Positions 29,752 to 43,086 of a DNA stretch of 64,000 nucleotides are shown here, in pieces. The position numbers and the translations under genes are program-made. Origin of the DNA: Hormiphora californensis (Eukaryota; Animalia; Ctenophora); the NCBI GenBank assembly GCA_020137815.1, contig CM035357.1, positions 7,192,001 through 7,256,000 on the forward strand, read 5' to 3'. A model generated the notes under the pieces. The model did not search any database. It saw nothing but the letters and a program-made list of their open reading frames with translations, and was not told the DNA's origin. How positions within the stretch are numbered: the first letter of the stretch is position 1; every line of letters starts with the position of its first letter.

Positions 29752-32700
29752 TTCTCTCTTTCTCACTGTCTCCTCGCTATGTTTCCATCACGCTCGCCAG
29801 TAATTGTATTCACCTCTGTGCGTCTCTGCTCCAGACCGACAGACACAATAGCACGTTTTTTCATTTCATATTACAGTTCTCCACAATTATTTGTCTTGTT
29901 TTACATAATCTTGCACCTGATCGCTATTTCTTTCTCTCCTGAGCTCTTCCTCACCTTCTCCCACTCTCACGGTTAAATAATTTATGTGGAATATGAGATA
30001 GTGAGAGAGAGAGGGAGGGATGGAGAGGAAGAGATAGGAGAGAAGTGCAAGTGTGTGTGTGTGCAGCTTCCTTCACTCCTGTGCAACACTGTTCTCATAC
30101 ATGCATAATATTGAGCAACTTTGCATTGTGCGTGTGTCTTCTGTCTGTGAGTTTGTTCCTTCCCATTCTTTTATAATGCATCATAGATCTGGTCTTTGTC
30201 CCCATTTTCATCCCGGCCCCTGAAGTAGTAAATAACACCCCCGAATGGTTTAGAAAATAACACCCACTTCCCTAATCCCTTCCTTCGCCCTGTAGTAAAC
30301 AATACCCTCTCCCTCAGGTGAAAGATGACGCCAAGAAGGCTACCCAGGCTACCACATACAAGAAGAAGATCGAGGATGAGCTGACAGACTTGTGTAACAC
30401 TGTCCTCAACCTTCTCGACGAATATCTGATCCCCAACGCTACTGAGGATGAGAGCAAGGTAAGGAAAGGGAGAAAGTGAAGTGAGATATAGAGAGTAAGG
30501 TGAGGAAAGAGAGAACGGGAGAAAATGAAGTAAAATCGGGCACACAATAGATGAGAGAAAGAGAACAGTAAAGAGAAATAGCAGGTGCCAAAGCGGTAAA
30601 TGAGAAGCAGAATTTGGGGATGAGTAAAGGAGAATCTTTTGTTCCTGGCCCAAATACGGAGAAAAAACGGTGTAAAATTTGCATGCTGTGCTTTCTGAAT
30701 GAGCCTTTGTTAGGTATTATGTAGGAAATATTGTGAGCAATAATGTAGGATCCAGATATAAATAGGTATTTCTTGAGTCTCGATACTCTTGATTTACTCT
30801 TGATTTACTCTTGATTTACCGAAATCTCATATATATATATATAATTAAGCCAAAAACTAATTGGAATTAGTTGGCGGGAAAGGTGGCCCACTTACACCTT
30901 TTGCTGCTACCGGGTACCACGAACTGTCATTCTCTTCACGTCACGTCGGTATCTCAATCTCTCTCTCTCACCCTTTCTTTCTCTTTCTCTATTTCACTCA
31001 CCTCTTATATCCCTGATACATTTTAAAATAAAACCCGGCATCAGGCAAAGGTGTAAGTGGGCCACCTTTCCCGCCAACTAATTCCAATTAGTTTTTGGCT
31101 TAATTTAGGTCCCTTTTTGGTTTCTAATGTCAGTATGACATTATTTCATGATGTAAAATTGTCAAAATGATGTGTTATATGAGAAACGAGACGAATTTCT
31201 GTGAAAATCGTAATTTTGACGTCATTATGACATCATCTGACGTAATTAGTGACGTCGTAACGACGTAATTGCATCACAATATATTTTGAATGAATACCCT
31301 GAAGGAGCTTGTAAAGTATCATTAACCGCAGTGGTCAGGAAAGGGAGTTTTTGCTAGAAAAACGTTCAATTTGCTGAATTTTTCGTCAAATTTTTGACTT
31401 CCGACGCAATTTAAGGGCTCAAAATGATGAGCTACGAAAATTCGCAATATAGTAACTGAAAGTTCAGACGATTTGCCGGTAACGATTTTTTGTCAAATCA
31501 AAAATCGGAACACGTCTCAAGGGTGCTAGAGGCGTTTGAAAAAAGTTAGTCGGTCTCGCGCAATGACGTCACTCGTGACGTCATTGCGCGCGTCATAGGC
31601 AAGATGAAGAGTCGCCACCAGAATGGGTACATGCACGAGACAATTATCTGTCGATTGCCGCTTGGTTTAAGGTCGTACGATGTCTGGTTCGTCTCAAACT
31701 GGGACCAAACGGAAGGTAACAAAGCGTCTATACATGTATCTATGTATTATACCAAAACTAATTGAAATTAGTAGGCCAGAAAGGTTGCCCTATGATTTGA
31801 GCTACCTTTGCCACCGTAACATTTGCATTCATGGGGTAAAAACAAGGTATAACAGATGCTTCTATCTTCAAAAGGAAATGTACTGGTGCCAAAGGTAGCT
31901 CAAATCATAGGGCAACCTTTCTGGCCTACTAATTTCAATTAGTTTTGGTATAATTTGCATCATTTTTGGGATTTTTTATCCATTTAGATGTAGTAGAACA
32001 AGTACGGAGAGGATGGAATCGTTAAGTTGAATTTTTTTTCATTTTTGACGTCATTTTGACGTCATAAAATGACGTCACGACGTCATGACGTCAAAATTTT
32101 GACGTCATATCATCGGGATTACCTAGATGAAGATACTGACCAAGTTTGAGATCGATTGGATAAGATTTGAGTCCGCTATGGCGAAAAAACCCAATCGTCA
32201 TATCTATTCTTAAACAGTCGTAACACTTCAGACGCGTTTTAAGACCCTTATACATGCAGTTTTGAAAATTCCCGATATAGTTTCTGAAAGTTCAGACAAT
32301 TCTCTTTCCATGATATAGTCTTCGTTTTTCGATTAGAATCCGTCTTTAGGGTGTAAATTGAGCTCAAAGAATTTTGGTCAGAGTCTGAAAAATGACGACT
32401 TTAAGACGTTCTGTAGGACGTTCCTGGCGATGAAAAGGGACGCCACCTCAACTAATGCACACACATCCAGTAGATCTACCAGCTGTGAAAACGAGAAGTT
32501 TCTATCTTTTTTCGTTTGGCGTGAATATGGTTTATAAAAAGCGTCTCTCCTACGCGCGCGCGTGCGCGCGCGCGCGCATATGTGTTACACTGAATCTAGG
32601 GCAAATGGGACCTGTCTGTAACTTCAGTTCCAGATGAGATAGAGACTTGAAATTTTGGACTTAAGTTAATGACCCCGAGCCGGGTATACATTCCAAATTT

Positions 32701-35384
32701 CAAGTCAAACGGATGAATGGGAGCCATGCTATAGCCTTCTGAAATCTGGGTTTTCAGTCAAAACACCCATAAAACGTATAACTGCGTTTCTGGCGGCGCT
32801 TTGCTGTTTGGGGGAGGGGGAATGGCAACCTTTGCGCTTGCCAGCGCAGTGATGTATGTATCAACCTAGTTATCCCCACACTGAATTTTCTGTTTTGGGG
32901 GTGGTGTTATAACTTTTGAACAAAATGAGCTAGCCACTTGAAATTTTCACCATCGATAGATGTCTACAAGAAGCTTCTGAGTACAAAATTTCAGCTTCCT
33001 AGCTCATCCGGTTCCGGAGTTATGGCGTGTCAAAAAGTGCCAAAATGGGCTAAAAGTATGAAATAACTATATATACGCTGTGAGCAAGCGGGCCGTTTTT
33101 TGGGGGAATTTTTTTCGGGGGGTTGGATGGGGCCACCTTTGCGCTTGCCAGCGCAGTGACTTATCCACTTATATATAACTTATCCACTTATATATAACTT
33201 ATCCACTTATATATAACTTATCCACTTATATATAGAAAAAGAGAGTCTGAGATATATCTCAGACTCTCTTTTTCTCATTATCGTAAATGTTGGTAAGTGG
33301 ATAAGTTATTCTGAGAACTCTTTTTAACAGTGCCTCCTCTCTCCTCCAGGTGTTTTATATGAAGATGAAGGGAGATTACTACCGATATCTTGCCGAGGTC
33401 GCTGAGGGTGAGGCTCGAAACAAGACCGTCCAGAACTCCCACACCGCTTACGAGGATGCCTCCAAGATTGCCCAGAATCTTTACCCCACCCACCCCGTCC
33501 GATTGGGTCTTGCCCTCAACTACTCCGTGTTCCACTATGAAATTCAGGGTACGTGTAATCTTCTGTCTGAAACGAATCTTTCTCCCTTGTCTTTTCGCCG
33601 GCTGTCTAACGGGTGGCCTACTCTGTAATATGGGGTGGTCTCATGTCATACATTTTATCTCTATCCTGCACTCTGCAGTACCCACATTGTCCTTGATCCA
33701 GTGCAGACACTGTGTAATACCACACTGTACTACTATACAGACACTGTGTAATACCACCCTGTATTGGGTTGCATGTAGCAGCAACCAGGTGGTCTATTAC
33801 TACAGGGGTGGGCATAAAAAATGTCCGCCCTAGACTAGCATGGTTCCAGATATCGTAGAGCGCCAACATTTAGCAAAGTTACTCTATGGGACAAATAAAT
33901 AGGTTGACCAAAATTTCAGACTTTTAGCTCAAGGTTCATTTTTTTGATCGGAATGAACATTGTCATTCATTCCAAAAAACATGAATTTTTGGTCCAGAAG
34001 TTAAACAATTGTCTTTGGCTAACGAATTTCTTTCAAATGCGACCAAGAAAATCAAAAACAGACAACCACAAGGCACACAGTGGTCATGTTTCTGACAAAT
34101 AGTCAGGTCATGTGATCCCCACCGAATCGTGAATTGCTAATCAGGCTTATTGGGGAAGAATCACGTATCATAGCCGCTAATGAGGGATGTGTATCGAAAA
34201 AGCGACATGTGATTCGAAAGCACTGGGATAAAGAGGCCACTTGTTAATGAGGCTCGGATCTCATGGCCAATCATCTTCGTCATCCCTCATTGGCGGCTGT
34301 GATACGTGATTCTCCACCACTAATCCTGATTAGCAATTCTGAATAAATTACACGATTCGGTGGGGATCACATGACCTGACTAACTGTCAGAAACATGACC
34401 ACTGTGTGCCTTGTGATTGCCCGTTTTTGATTTTCTTGGTCGCATTTGAAAGTAATTCGATAGCCAAAGACAATTGTTTGACTTCTAAGCCGAAAATTCA
34501 TGTTTTTTGGAATGAATGACAATGTTCATTCCGATCAAAAAAATGAACTTTGAGCTAAAAGTCTGAAATTTTGGTCAACCTATTTATTTGTTCCATAGAG
34601 AATCTCTGCCAAGTTTTAGCCTTCTACGATATCTGGAACCATGCTAGTCTAGGGCGGACATTTTTTATGCCCACCCCTGTACATTGTTGACAGCTTTATC
34701 CCTACACACCCTTAGTAGAGAGGGGGGAGATGACGCGTTATGTAATGACCAAAAATAGAGAGATAAATGTGTGGTGTTATGTTTCTAGGGCAATGAATTA
34801 CAATGAATTAGAAGATGGGGTGCGGAACACAATGAACGATGATGTCATGAGTGTGTGATCTAATTCTCACATAATGATGATATTCTCTCTATTTCCTTCC
34901 CTTTTTTTCTCTCCCTCCCTTTCTAGTTTCTCTGTCTCTCTTTCTCTCTCTCCCCGACTCTCACATTTCTGAACTAGATACCCTACCCTTTTTTGTTCTA
35001 AGATGAAAGAGATCAGTTAAATATTCTCAACCAACCATTATACCAATCTGGGAAATCTTCCTTTTCTCACTCACTCCCTTTATTGTACATCTACTGAAGC
35101 CACTCCCAATTATAGTTATCCCATCTCTCATCCCTTTTCTAATCGAAATATTCTTGCTCTAACCCAGTTAGTTATCTCTCTTTCAATATCCCCATCTTTC
35201 AGGATGCCCGGACAGTGCCTGCAAGTTGGCCAAGGAATCATTTGACCAGGCTGTCGCAGAGCTGGACTCCCTAGACCAGGAGAGCTATAAGGATAGCACA
35301 CTTATCATGCAGTTGCTGAGGGACAACCTCACACTATGGATGAGTGAACAGGATGGAGAGGAAGAGGGTGGTGAGGAGAAATAG
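29019..35384 (+). CDS. 14-3-3 protein, 5 exons
   Basis: Exons 29019-29105, 29407-29526, 30318-30458, 33350-33549 and 35203-35384 contain all the 14-3-3 signature motifs. Confidence 0.92.
30843..33160. mobile_element. Non-autonomous Helentron-like element (outer) in 14-3-3 intron
   Basis: 5' foldback 30843-31105; subterminal IR AAGGTGGCCC/GGGCCACCTT plus terminal hairpin TGCGCTTGCCAGCGCA; flanked by short tandem repeats (ACTCTTGATTT x3; ACTTATCCACTTATATATA x4). Confidence 0.55.
31746..32852. mobile_element. Related Helentron-like element nested in the above
   Basis: 5' foldback 31746-31955 (CCAAAACTAATTGAAATTAG..AAGGTTGCCC); 3' end GGCAACCTTTGCGCTTGCCAGCGCAGTGA. Confidence 0.55.
33803..34679. 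mobile_element. Tc1/mariner-type foldback MITE with TA TSD
   Basis: About 390-bp inverted arms beginning CAGGGGTGGGCATAAAAAATGTCCGCCCTAGACTAGCATGG; TA on both sides. Confidence 0.9.
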
Positions 35385-37334
35385 ACACATAATGAGAGAG
35401 AGAGTGATTGAGAGAGAGAGAGCAGTGTGTTGAGTATATATAACACACGTATTGAATGTGTGTGAGTGTGTGCGTACATGTGTATTCTATATATTGCCCC
35501 TCCTTCTAATACATGGTACAACGTCCCCAGCTCCCCATCCCCCCATCCCTTATTCTCCTTCTCTTGCGTGTATGTCATCCCTAGAAAAGGAGATAAGGGA
35601 GAGAGAGAGGGGTCTCGTTTACCAGGGTAGTAGCATTAGTAGAGTCGACCTTCTCCAACAATCATTACTGTTACTGTGCATTTGTGATCAATAATATTAT
35701 TATTATTATGTGCATATAACACAAGGAGTATGTATATTGTATCGTTACACAACCATATATATATTGTATGTCGTCGTCCTCCCCCCTCCTGTTGAATAAC
35801 AAGTTATGGAACACCCCCCTTCCCCCCGTGTCCCCCATGCTCTCTGTACTACGGTTATCCTACCCTTTCTCCCTCCCGCTGCTATATTGTGTGTGGAGGT
35901 AGGATGGATACACCGGCCTCCCTCATTTTTACGCCTGTAAAACTTTTTCTATTGCGCTATATATGATACCTAGCAGTTGTGTGTGTGTGTGTGTGTGAGA
36001 GATTGAGAGAGAGATAGGGAGATATGTATTGTATTCAAAAAACGGTTTTTAGATCGCTAGAATTATATACCTCCCCGCGTCCCTTGGAGCTTTAGAAATT
36101 TTTGTTGTGCCCCAGTGGCGCCGTAATTAGCCCAATTGAGAGTTCTGCCCACCCACCGTTAGTTAGGATGAAGTTTTACAGTGTAGAAATTGTTTTACCA
36201 AAAATTTTAATTCTTTTACAATTAATCCTTTTCATTTTGATGAAAAATGAGCGAGAAGAGAACACAACGTTTTTGCTTGAATTGAGAGAAAAAGAGAGCT
36301 ATCCTGATATACAATTGTTATACATGATTATTACCCTCCCTTCTATAATACACTAGAGTCATTGTGTAGGCGATATATTGCTGTCCCCCCCCCCCTATAT
36401 AACACCCCCATGCACACACCCGACCAACAACAGCCTGAAGGACACACTGCCCTGATCTCCCCTCTCCTGCACAATACCAAGAGAGATGGGGGATCTATAG
36501 AAGGGTGTGTTCCTTAGCAGCAACAAGACGTTTTAGAAAGAATGAGAGAGAGGGAGAGAAGAAAGAGAGAGAGGGAGAAGAGAGAGAGATTGTCCACGTG
36601 TGTGCCGCGGGTTTTGTTGGATCCAAATAATGGAATGTGCACCCCCCCTTTTTTGTTTGATCAAAATCCCTTTGTCGTGTATTATTTCCAAGTGTCTACA
36701 AGAAACACCAAATCAATCTATCAGATACCCGTGCATGTTCTCAAGAAGTCTTGTAATTTCTAAAGAAGGAGGTTCCCACTCTTTTTCTAAAGGTCCCATC
36801 TTCTATTCTAAAGGTCCTATCGCATGGAACACAGTGCACATCTCTTCTACCTCCCAGTCGCCCACACAGGAGGAGCGAGGTGTGTGTGTAATCAAATTGG
36901 GAGGCAGTTAAAGAGAGAGGGAGGGATTGGAAAACGGTAACGAAGTATTTTACCATGGCAACATGCAGCTCCCCCCGCTGTGTGTCCGCCACTTACCGCT
37001 CTCCCTTTTTTAGTTGATACACTCTCCTCATATACAGGGTGTCTTACAAAATGTGGCGGGATAGTACTTGAGAATTAGGGAAGATCTTCATCTTCTTCTC
37101 TCGTAGTCTGGTATGGCTCATTTTATCTCTTTGACTGGCTTAAAAGAGACACAAACGAATTGCCATTATATACGCTTGTAGACACCTTAACCACTTTTTA
37201 ACTGCAAGTTATCTGCGTCACTAGATGGTCGTGATCTCTTTATCCCCCTCTGTCTCTCTCTCTCACTCTCTCTCTCTCTCCTCTCTCCCTATATCTCTCT
37301 CTCCACCACGTCTGACCCCACGAAGCCTCTCAGG

Positions 37335-37864
37335 ATGTTTTCGCCTCGAAAGTGTGGCATAAAGTATGACCCTCCGACTCTCATTCTCGAGTACATAGTG
37401 ACTGCCACAGGGAAGCTACACCGCCGCTCCATGCCACTGCGTGACGTCACAGGTTCCACAGATCCAGACCTGGCTGCCAGGAAATGGAAGTCTCACCCGA
37501 AACACGGGAAATATTTGGAGAAATTGGACGAGGAGAAGTTGAGTAGAGTGCTGGGCAAGTGTATACGGTATCTGAGGGGTGCTGAGGCGATAGGAGGAGG
37601 GACAAGGAGTAAACCAACCCGGCTTGTTTGGATGATGACGATTTGTTGGGTGGTAGTGATAACATGGACTTAAACAAACTCAATGATTCGGAGCTGCAGT
37701 TTGAGAAGTCCAAAATGCAAAGGGGATTCCTTGACAGACAGATAAAACCGGGAGATACTGAGTTTGAGTATAATAAAGAGGTTGATTTTGGGTCAGGGAA
37801 ATTGGACAATGTTGAGGGTTGTGAGTGGGATGAGAGCGAGGATAATTCAGATTTTAGTTTCTGA
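37335..37864 (+). CDS. CEP19: Centrosomal protein CEP19 (one frameshift near 37620)
   Basis: KCGIKYDPPTLILEY...RRSMPLR...HPKHGKYL, then DLNKLNDSEL..EKSKM..F....IKPGDTEFEYNKEVDF...CEWD. Confidence 0.85.
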
Positions 37865-38816
37865 GAGGACAATCAGAGAGAGAGAGGGGTGCTGGTCGCC
37901 CTATGTGGTCATTGTGTATGCCAAGAGAGAGGAGAGAGAGGGAAGTCTTGGTCCCTTGAAATAGCGTGTTTGCCACAAGTTAATTCTTGTCCAGGTGCGA
38001 CTAATTGATACAATTAAATGTGGCCTCTTGTTCAGGTGTATTTTTAGTGAAGAGAGAGAGAGAGACAGAATGAGAGAGAAAGGAAGGAAGTGTGTAGATA
38101 GCTGGTGTAGATAAAATTGTAAAAAGGCACCAAAATCAAGTTTTTATATTCCTGTTATCATGTACAATATTTATGTTAACCGCACAGTCAGGCTTCTATT
38201 GCAAAATCCCTTGATCTTGGTGTGTCAAATATGTCAGAACTGACAAGGGTACAGGGGGTTACACCCCTCGAATCACCTCTATAAGCCCAGAACCGATTAC
38301 TCCTTATCACGATACGTACTGTCAAATTTTACAGCTTTCTCTTCCCTCTCTATCTACGTTGAATACAGAGAGTTGTCGGTCCTGATGAGAAGCAGAGAGA
38401 GAGAGAAAGAACGATGGGAAGTGGGTCAATATTGCAACATCACCTAAATTACTAGCACAGGTAGTCGATTGCGCGCGCGTACAAAGTACACCACTCCGCG
38501 CATTTCTCGGCAATAGTCCCCTCCCTCTGCTTCACCTCTCTCCACAACATCGGCACCCATGTTCGTTCCAGGGGGAGTTGACAAATTCCAGGAATCGGAT
38601 TCCTTCTTTATTGGGAGACTTGGGAGGAATGAATAAAGCCTCATTTTGTAAAGGAAGTTATGCATAGTAAATAGTACACAAAGATCATTTCACGATCTTC
38701 TGCTCAACTCTGATTTCTCTCTCACAGTCTCTTCAGTCTTCACTCAATATATTTCACGACATTTTGACCTTTCTCACTTTTCAAACAACCCAACTCTGAG
38801 TTGGTCCATCCCCTCA

Positions 38817-40747
38817 CTAGCTGAATTGAGATAAGTTACTCTGGAAGTGGTTCGTGTATAGTTGGTGGGGTTGTCCATCAGGTACATTGTTGAGCATGCC
38901 CTGGGCTGGTATTTGGCCTGCAGGAAGACGAGTATCAGACAGGAAATAAAAGCGAAACACAGAGATCACACGTGCGAGCCAAGCTGTGTTTCAGATGTCT
39001 CCCTCCATCAGATATTGGTTTACGCGCGCTTTCTAGCAGCCCGCGCGAACACCCCTGCCCTGGATCAGTGTGGTGGCGGCGTGTGCTCACCGACCCACAA
39101 AGCGGCAGTGGTTGATAAAGTCAGATGCAACAGCGGGAAAATAATCATAACTTGATGATGGTTCTTGTTGTTTTACCTCCGTAGTGTACTTGGACGGCAT
39201 GTAATTCTCGGACCCTTTGTTCCTCTTGGTCACCCATTTCTCCCTTCACTTGGATCAATGATTTCTCGCCCTGAAGGGGGGGGGGGTTGGGTTGAATTGG
39301 GAAGGGGGTTGAATTTTGTGTAGACTTCCTTGAGTGCAAGATGTTGGTACTAAGAGACATCCTTAGCTCAGTCAGTAAGGATTAAAACAAAGAATCTCAA
39401 AGTGTGAAAATACAGCATATAAGAGAGTGAAAAAAACAAAGGAATCAAATCAAGTTGGCACCTTGAGAGCTGAGAATAAAGAAAGAAAAGATAGAGAGAA
39501 AAAGAGAAATAAGGGGCGTGAAAGAAAAATGAAGGGAGAGGATTTCTATGAAAGAATATCAAGCAACATCAATGATGATACAATATACCTGTTTGACCCA
39601 TTCCCTGTACTTTTGTAGGTAAATCTTGAGGGGTTCAACATAGTTATCAAAACCTAGTGTATTCATTGCAAATAAGATATCCTCTCCATTTATTGTCTTC
39701 CTTTTCTCCTGCTGACAACGATCTAGCAGGGATATCCAGTATTTAAATTAGGTACAACAGGATTCACGATTAATTAAATTATGGTTAACAATATTTACTT
39801 CAAAATATTACCGAGTACTATCTATAGTTGTAACGGGTATGAAATTGAGAAGTATTACCTGAAGCCTCACTGGTTATGAAACTAATGAACTCTGATACAC
39901 ACTCCTGAACACACTCCTTAGCATCCTTAGCTATCTGAAAATGGGGGGGTTATTGGCTAATCTACGAAAGAAGAAGATAGAAAGAGGGAGATTCAGGGTG
40001 TGTAATGGGTATTTAATTTTAATGTTGGGCTACTACTTTGGCGATGCACTATGTAGAAGCTTCAGTCCCAAAGTAATTGGCAGTATACACATTTCAACCA
40101 TTAGTGTACTTCCCCATCTCTCTCTCTCTCTCTTACTATCTCTCTTTTACTATCTCTCTCTCCCCTCTCTGTCTTTCTCAACAGCACTTTGAACATCCTC
40201 TTCCTTGAGCGTATATAACATTATGTATTCTGCGTGAGAGCGAGTTAGAGAGAGAATGAAAAAAGAGGGTGGAGCCGTGATAGTACTATCAAAATGGGAC
40301 TAAAATTAACAATGAAAACATCATGATTTTGTACCTTCCCAACTTGTGGAACTGCTTTCTTCATGATTCGTGACACATTAGCAATAGGTAGAAATCTATC
40401 CTGCTCCCTGAGGAATGTATCTCCTTCGCACCCTTTCTCTCCCACATCACCAGCTGGGTCCTGACCTGGGATTGTTTAATTAATTAATTTATTTATTTAT
40501 TAATTGGGTATGATGTCACAACAAATCATTGGAACAATCAACAAATCATTTTAATCATACTTCCAAAGTTTCCAGAAGGGTTATTGGATCGATCACTGCC
40601 CGGGTCATTCCCCTCTATCATACTAACACTGTCCACTTGCCCCATCGCTGACTCCAGGAGGTTTTGTGAGGGCATGGAGTTTTCATCCTGGGTGCTTTGT
40701 TCCCTGGGCTCGAACTTCGTCTGAATAGCACCCGTAGTGGTTGTCAT
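38817..40747 (-). CDS. NFYB: Nuclear transcription factor Y subunit beta
   Basis: Spliced histone fold [69 protein letters not shown]; 3' exon boundaries approximate. Confidence 0.9.
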
Positions 40748-40892
40748 TTTATGCTATAAAGGGGGTATTGAAGTGGAGTTAGTCAAGCAATGAGTGATAC
40801 CTGTTTTATTGGGGATTTAAACTAAAACTTAAAAAGAGCTAGAGCATTGTCAAAATTAATTGAATACAAATGTCAAATATAAAAACTGTCTC

Positions 40893-42506
40893 TTATTTTA
40901 AAAATCGTCTCAATAACATTCCAACAATACACCCCACAGACACAACTACAACAGAAACAACAGCTGTCCTGCTAGTCCACCCTCCAGATCCCGGTTCATA
41001 CCTTGTTACCTTGTACACTTCATGTCCCTCCATCTCAACCAGCACCCCTGCTGACATGCCAATAGAAGGTAGCGCCACCAGACACCCTCCATCCATCTCC
41101 CTCACACTAACATCCCCGAACGCACTGAACACCCTAGACACATGATCCGGTGAGATGGTACACCCATCCACACGTGATACCACCAGCCACTGAGGTCGAC
41201 CAAAGACCGGGTCCTCTCCTGCGAGGTTGATGTGGGTCAGTGAACACCTGATGAGGTTAACATGGTTCCTGTATCCCTCCAACTCCCTCCGATAGTCCAT
41301 ATAATGGAATGGTTTGGTGTACGGTGAGGTGTTGTTAACCGTAGCTGAGAAATGTGCTAGCCTCACAAAGACAGCCCCTGCCAGGAATGAATCATAACCC
41401 GCGTTGTGAGCCTTCATTCCCATTTCCGTGGAAAGGTTGCTTTGGATCCGTGGTTGGTACTCCATCCCCCGCACAAAGGGCCCGTTACATTCTTCATACA
41501 GATTTAGCAGGCTGGTACTCCGGAAGAAATTACCGTACTTTTCATCATTTTTGAGGGTTACCTTTATATTGCTGATAATATGGCGTGTATCATACACTTC
41601 TGGAAACTCTCTCGAGAACCGCCGTTTGAATTCTTCATAGCACTCCGGGAGGGGTTTATAAAACTTGTGATACATATACAACAGGTCCATCAGGACATTA
41701 TGTCCTATGATCGGAGTCCTAGTTTTCCTGAGTAACCGAACAATATGTGTAAAACCTATCGCATCAGATAACTCTCTTGCTTTGTTTTCCCCTTCCTGTC
41801 TGTTGAACTCCTCCTTTCCCCCGTCAGAGTCCACCTTCATCACTTCCAGGGTAGAATTCTCCCCCGGTAACTGGTATGCGACAATGTCAGGGAAGTCGGG
41901 TGACGTCATAACGTCTGATATAAGAACCTCCATCATCCCCCTACTAAACGCATCGATAATGGTCTTTTCCTGGTGTCTCGCCTCACCAGACCACCGCTTG
42001 AGAAATTCCTGTTTCCGGCTACGGAATGCCTTTTTTACATCGTTCAACAGAATTTCCTCGACCCGGGGTGTGTCAGGTGATATGATCTGGAGGTTTGCGA
42101 TCTCTTCCTCGTTTAAAAATGGGATCCCCCCGTAGAAACTCTTGTTGAAATCAAAGTCATGGCTCATGAGGAAATGACATGCTGCTGTTTCGTAAATTAC
42201 ACTCTGAGATAAATTCTGGTAGAGTCGAGGATGAAGAGCAAAGTTGTACGAAGTGGAATCATAGTTTCTCGATATTCGATCATAAGTGAAAACTGTCAAT
42301 CCGCACTGTAAAGGAGAGAAATCTTTACAACTTTCCTTCAGGATGTGATACCGCTCTTTCGGTGTGTCAAATAGGCTGACATTGGGACATCGATTCGTGT
42401 GAAGTCCAGAAAACTCAAAATCTAGGCAAACAAAAGTTGCATTTTCCAAATTCTCCTCAAACTTTGTGACGATTTCGTGGAAGTTCTTGACAGTGACATC
42501 AACCAT
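40893..42506 (-). CDS. PNLDC1: CAF1/PARN-family DEDD 3' exonuclease with C-terminal TM helix (PNLDC1-like)
   Basis: LDFEFSGL, GHNVLMDL, YDTR, AHNAGYDS; C-terminal TAVVSVVVVSVGCIVGMLL followed by RRFLK; intronless. Confidence 0.75.
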   Translation of the reverse strand: MVDVTVKNFHEIVTKFEENLENATFVCLDFEFSGLHTNRCPNVSLFDTPKERYHILKESCKDFSPLQCGLTVFTYDRISRNYDSTSYNFALHPRLYQNLSQSVIYETAACHFLMSHDFDFNKSFYGGIPFLNEEEIANLQIISPDTPRVEEILLNDVKKAFRSRKQEFLKRWSGEARHQEKTIIDAFSRGMMEVLISDVMTSPDFPDIVAYQLPGENSTLEVMKVDSDGGKEEFNRQEGENKARELSDAIGFTHIVRLLRKTRTPIIGHNVLMDLLYMYHKFYKPLPECYEEFKRRFSREFPEVYDTRHIISNIKVTLKNDEKYGNFFRSTSLLNLYEECNGPFVRGMEYQPRIQSNLSTEMGMKAHNAGYDSFLAGAVFVRLAHFSATVNNTSPYTKPFHYMDYRRELEGYRNHVNLIRCSLTHINLAGEDPVFGRPQWLVVSRVDGCTISPDHVSRVFSAFGDVSVREMDGGCLVALPSIGMSAGVLVEMEGHEVYKVTRYEPGSGGWTSRTAVVSVVVVSVGCIVGMLLRRFLK

Positions 42507-43086
42507 TCGACTGAAGGATATAAGTTGTTAGATACATTAAACAAATCACGTTTCAATCCAACCACTGGATATAATTCTGAGAACCACTGGATATAATTCT
42601 GAAACTGTTTCATGCCCTTCCATATATTATCACTGTTTTGTCAAGGGAAATATAAAAATTTGTTTAACCCACTGCAGTCGTATCGAGGCATGAAGACGCA
42701 GCAGTTTTGCATCATAGAAGATATCATAGTTCCATTGTTGGACATTCTGAATCAAATTTGAATGAGGGAAAGATAGAGGAGTGCCTTTCTTAAAACAATA
42801 GTTCCTCTTTCTCATAGCAGCGAGATATAATAAAGATTTAGCAAGAGGGGAAGAAAGAAACAGAGATAAAAATGAATGGTTTACTGGTTATCTAGTTAGA
42901 TACAAGTTTTCATGTGGTACTATTGAAAATAATGATCATTCAACAAGCTAGACTCGTATTGATATTTTTGAGCTCTCCAGGGGGTGGGGCAGTTTTTGTA
43001 GCTTGGACATGTTTTTAGTATACAGAGAGTTCTAAATTTTCGTATGAAGATGTTTTTCTTTGTTCCTAACACAACTCTCATCACAG

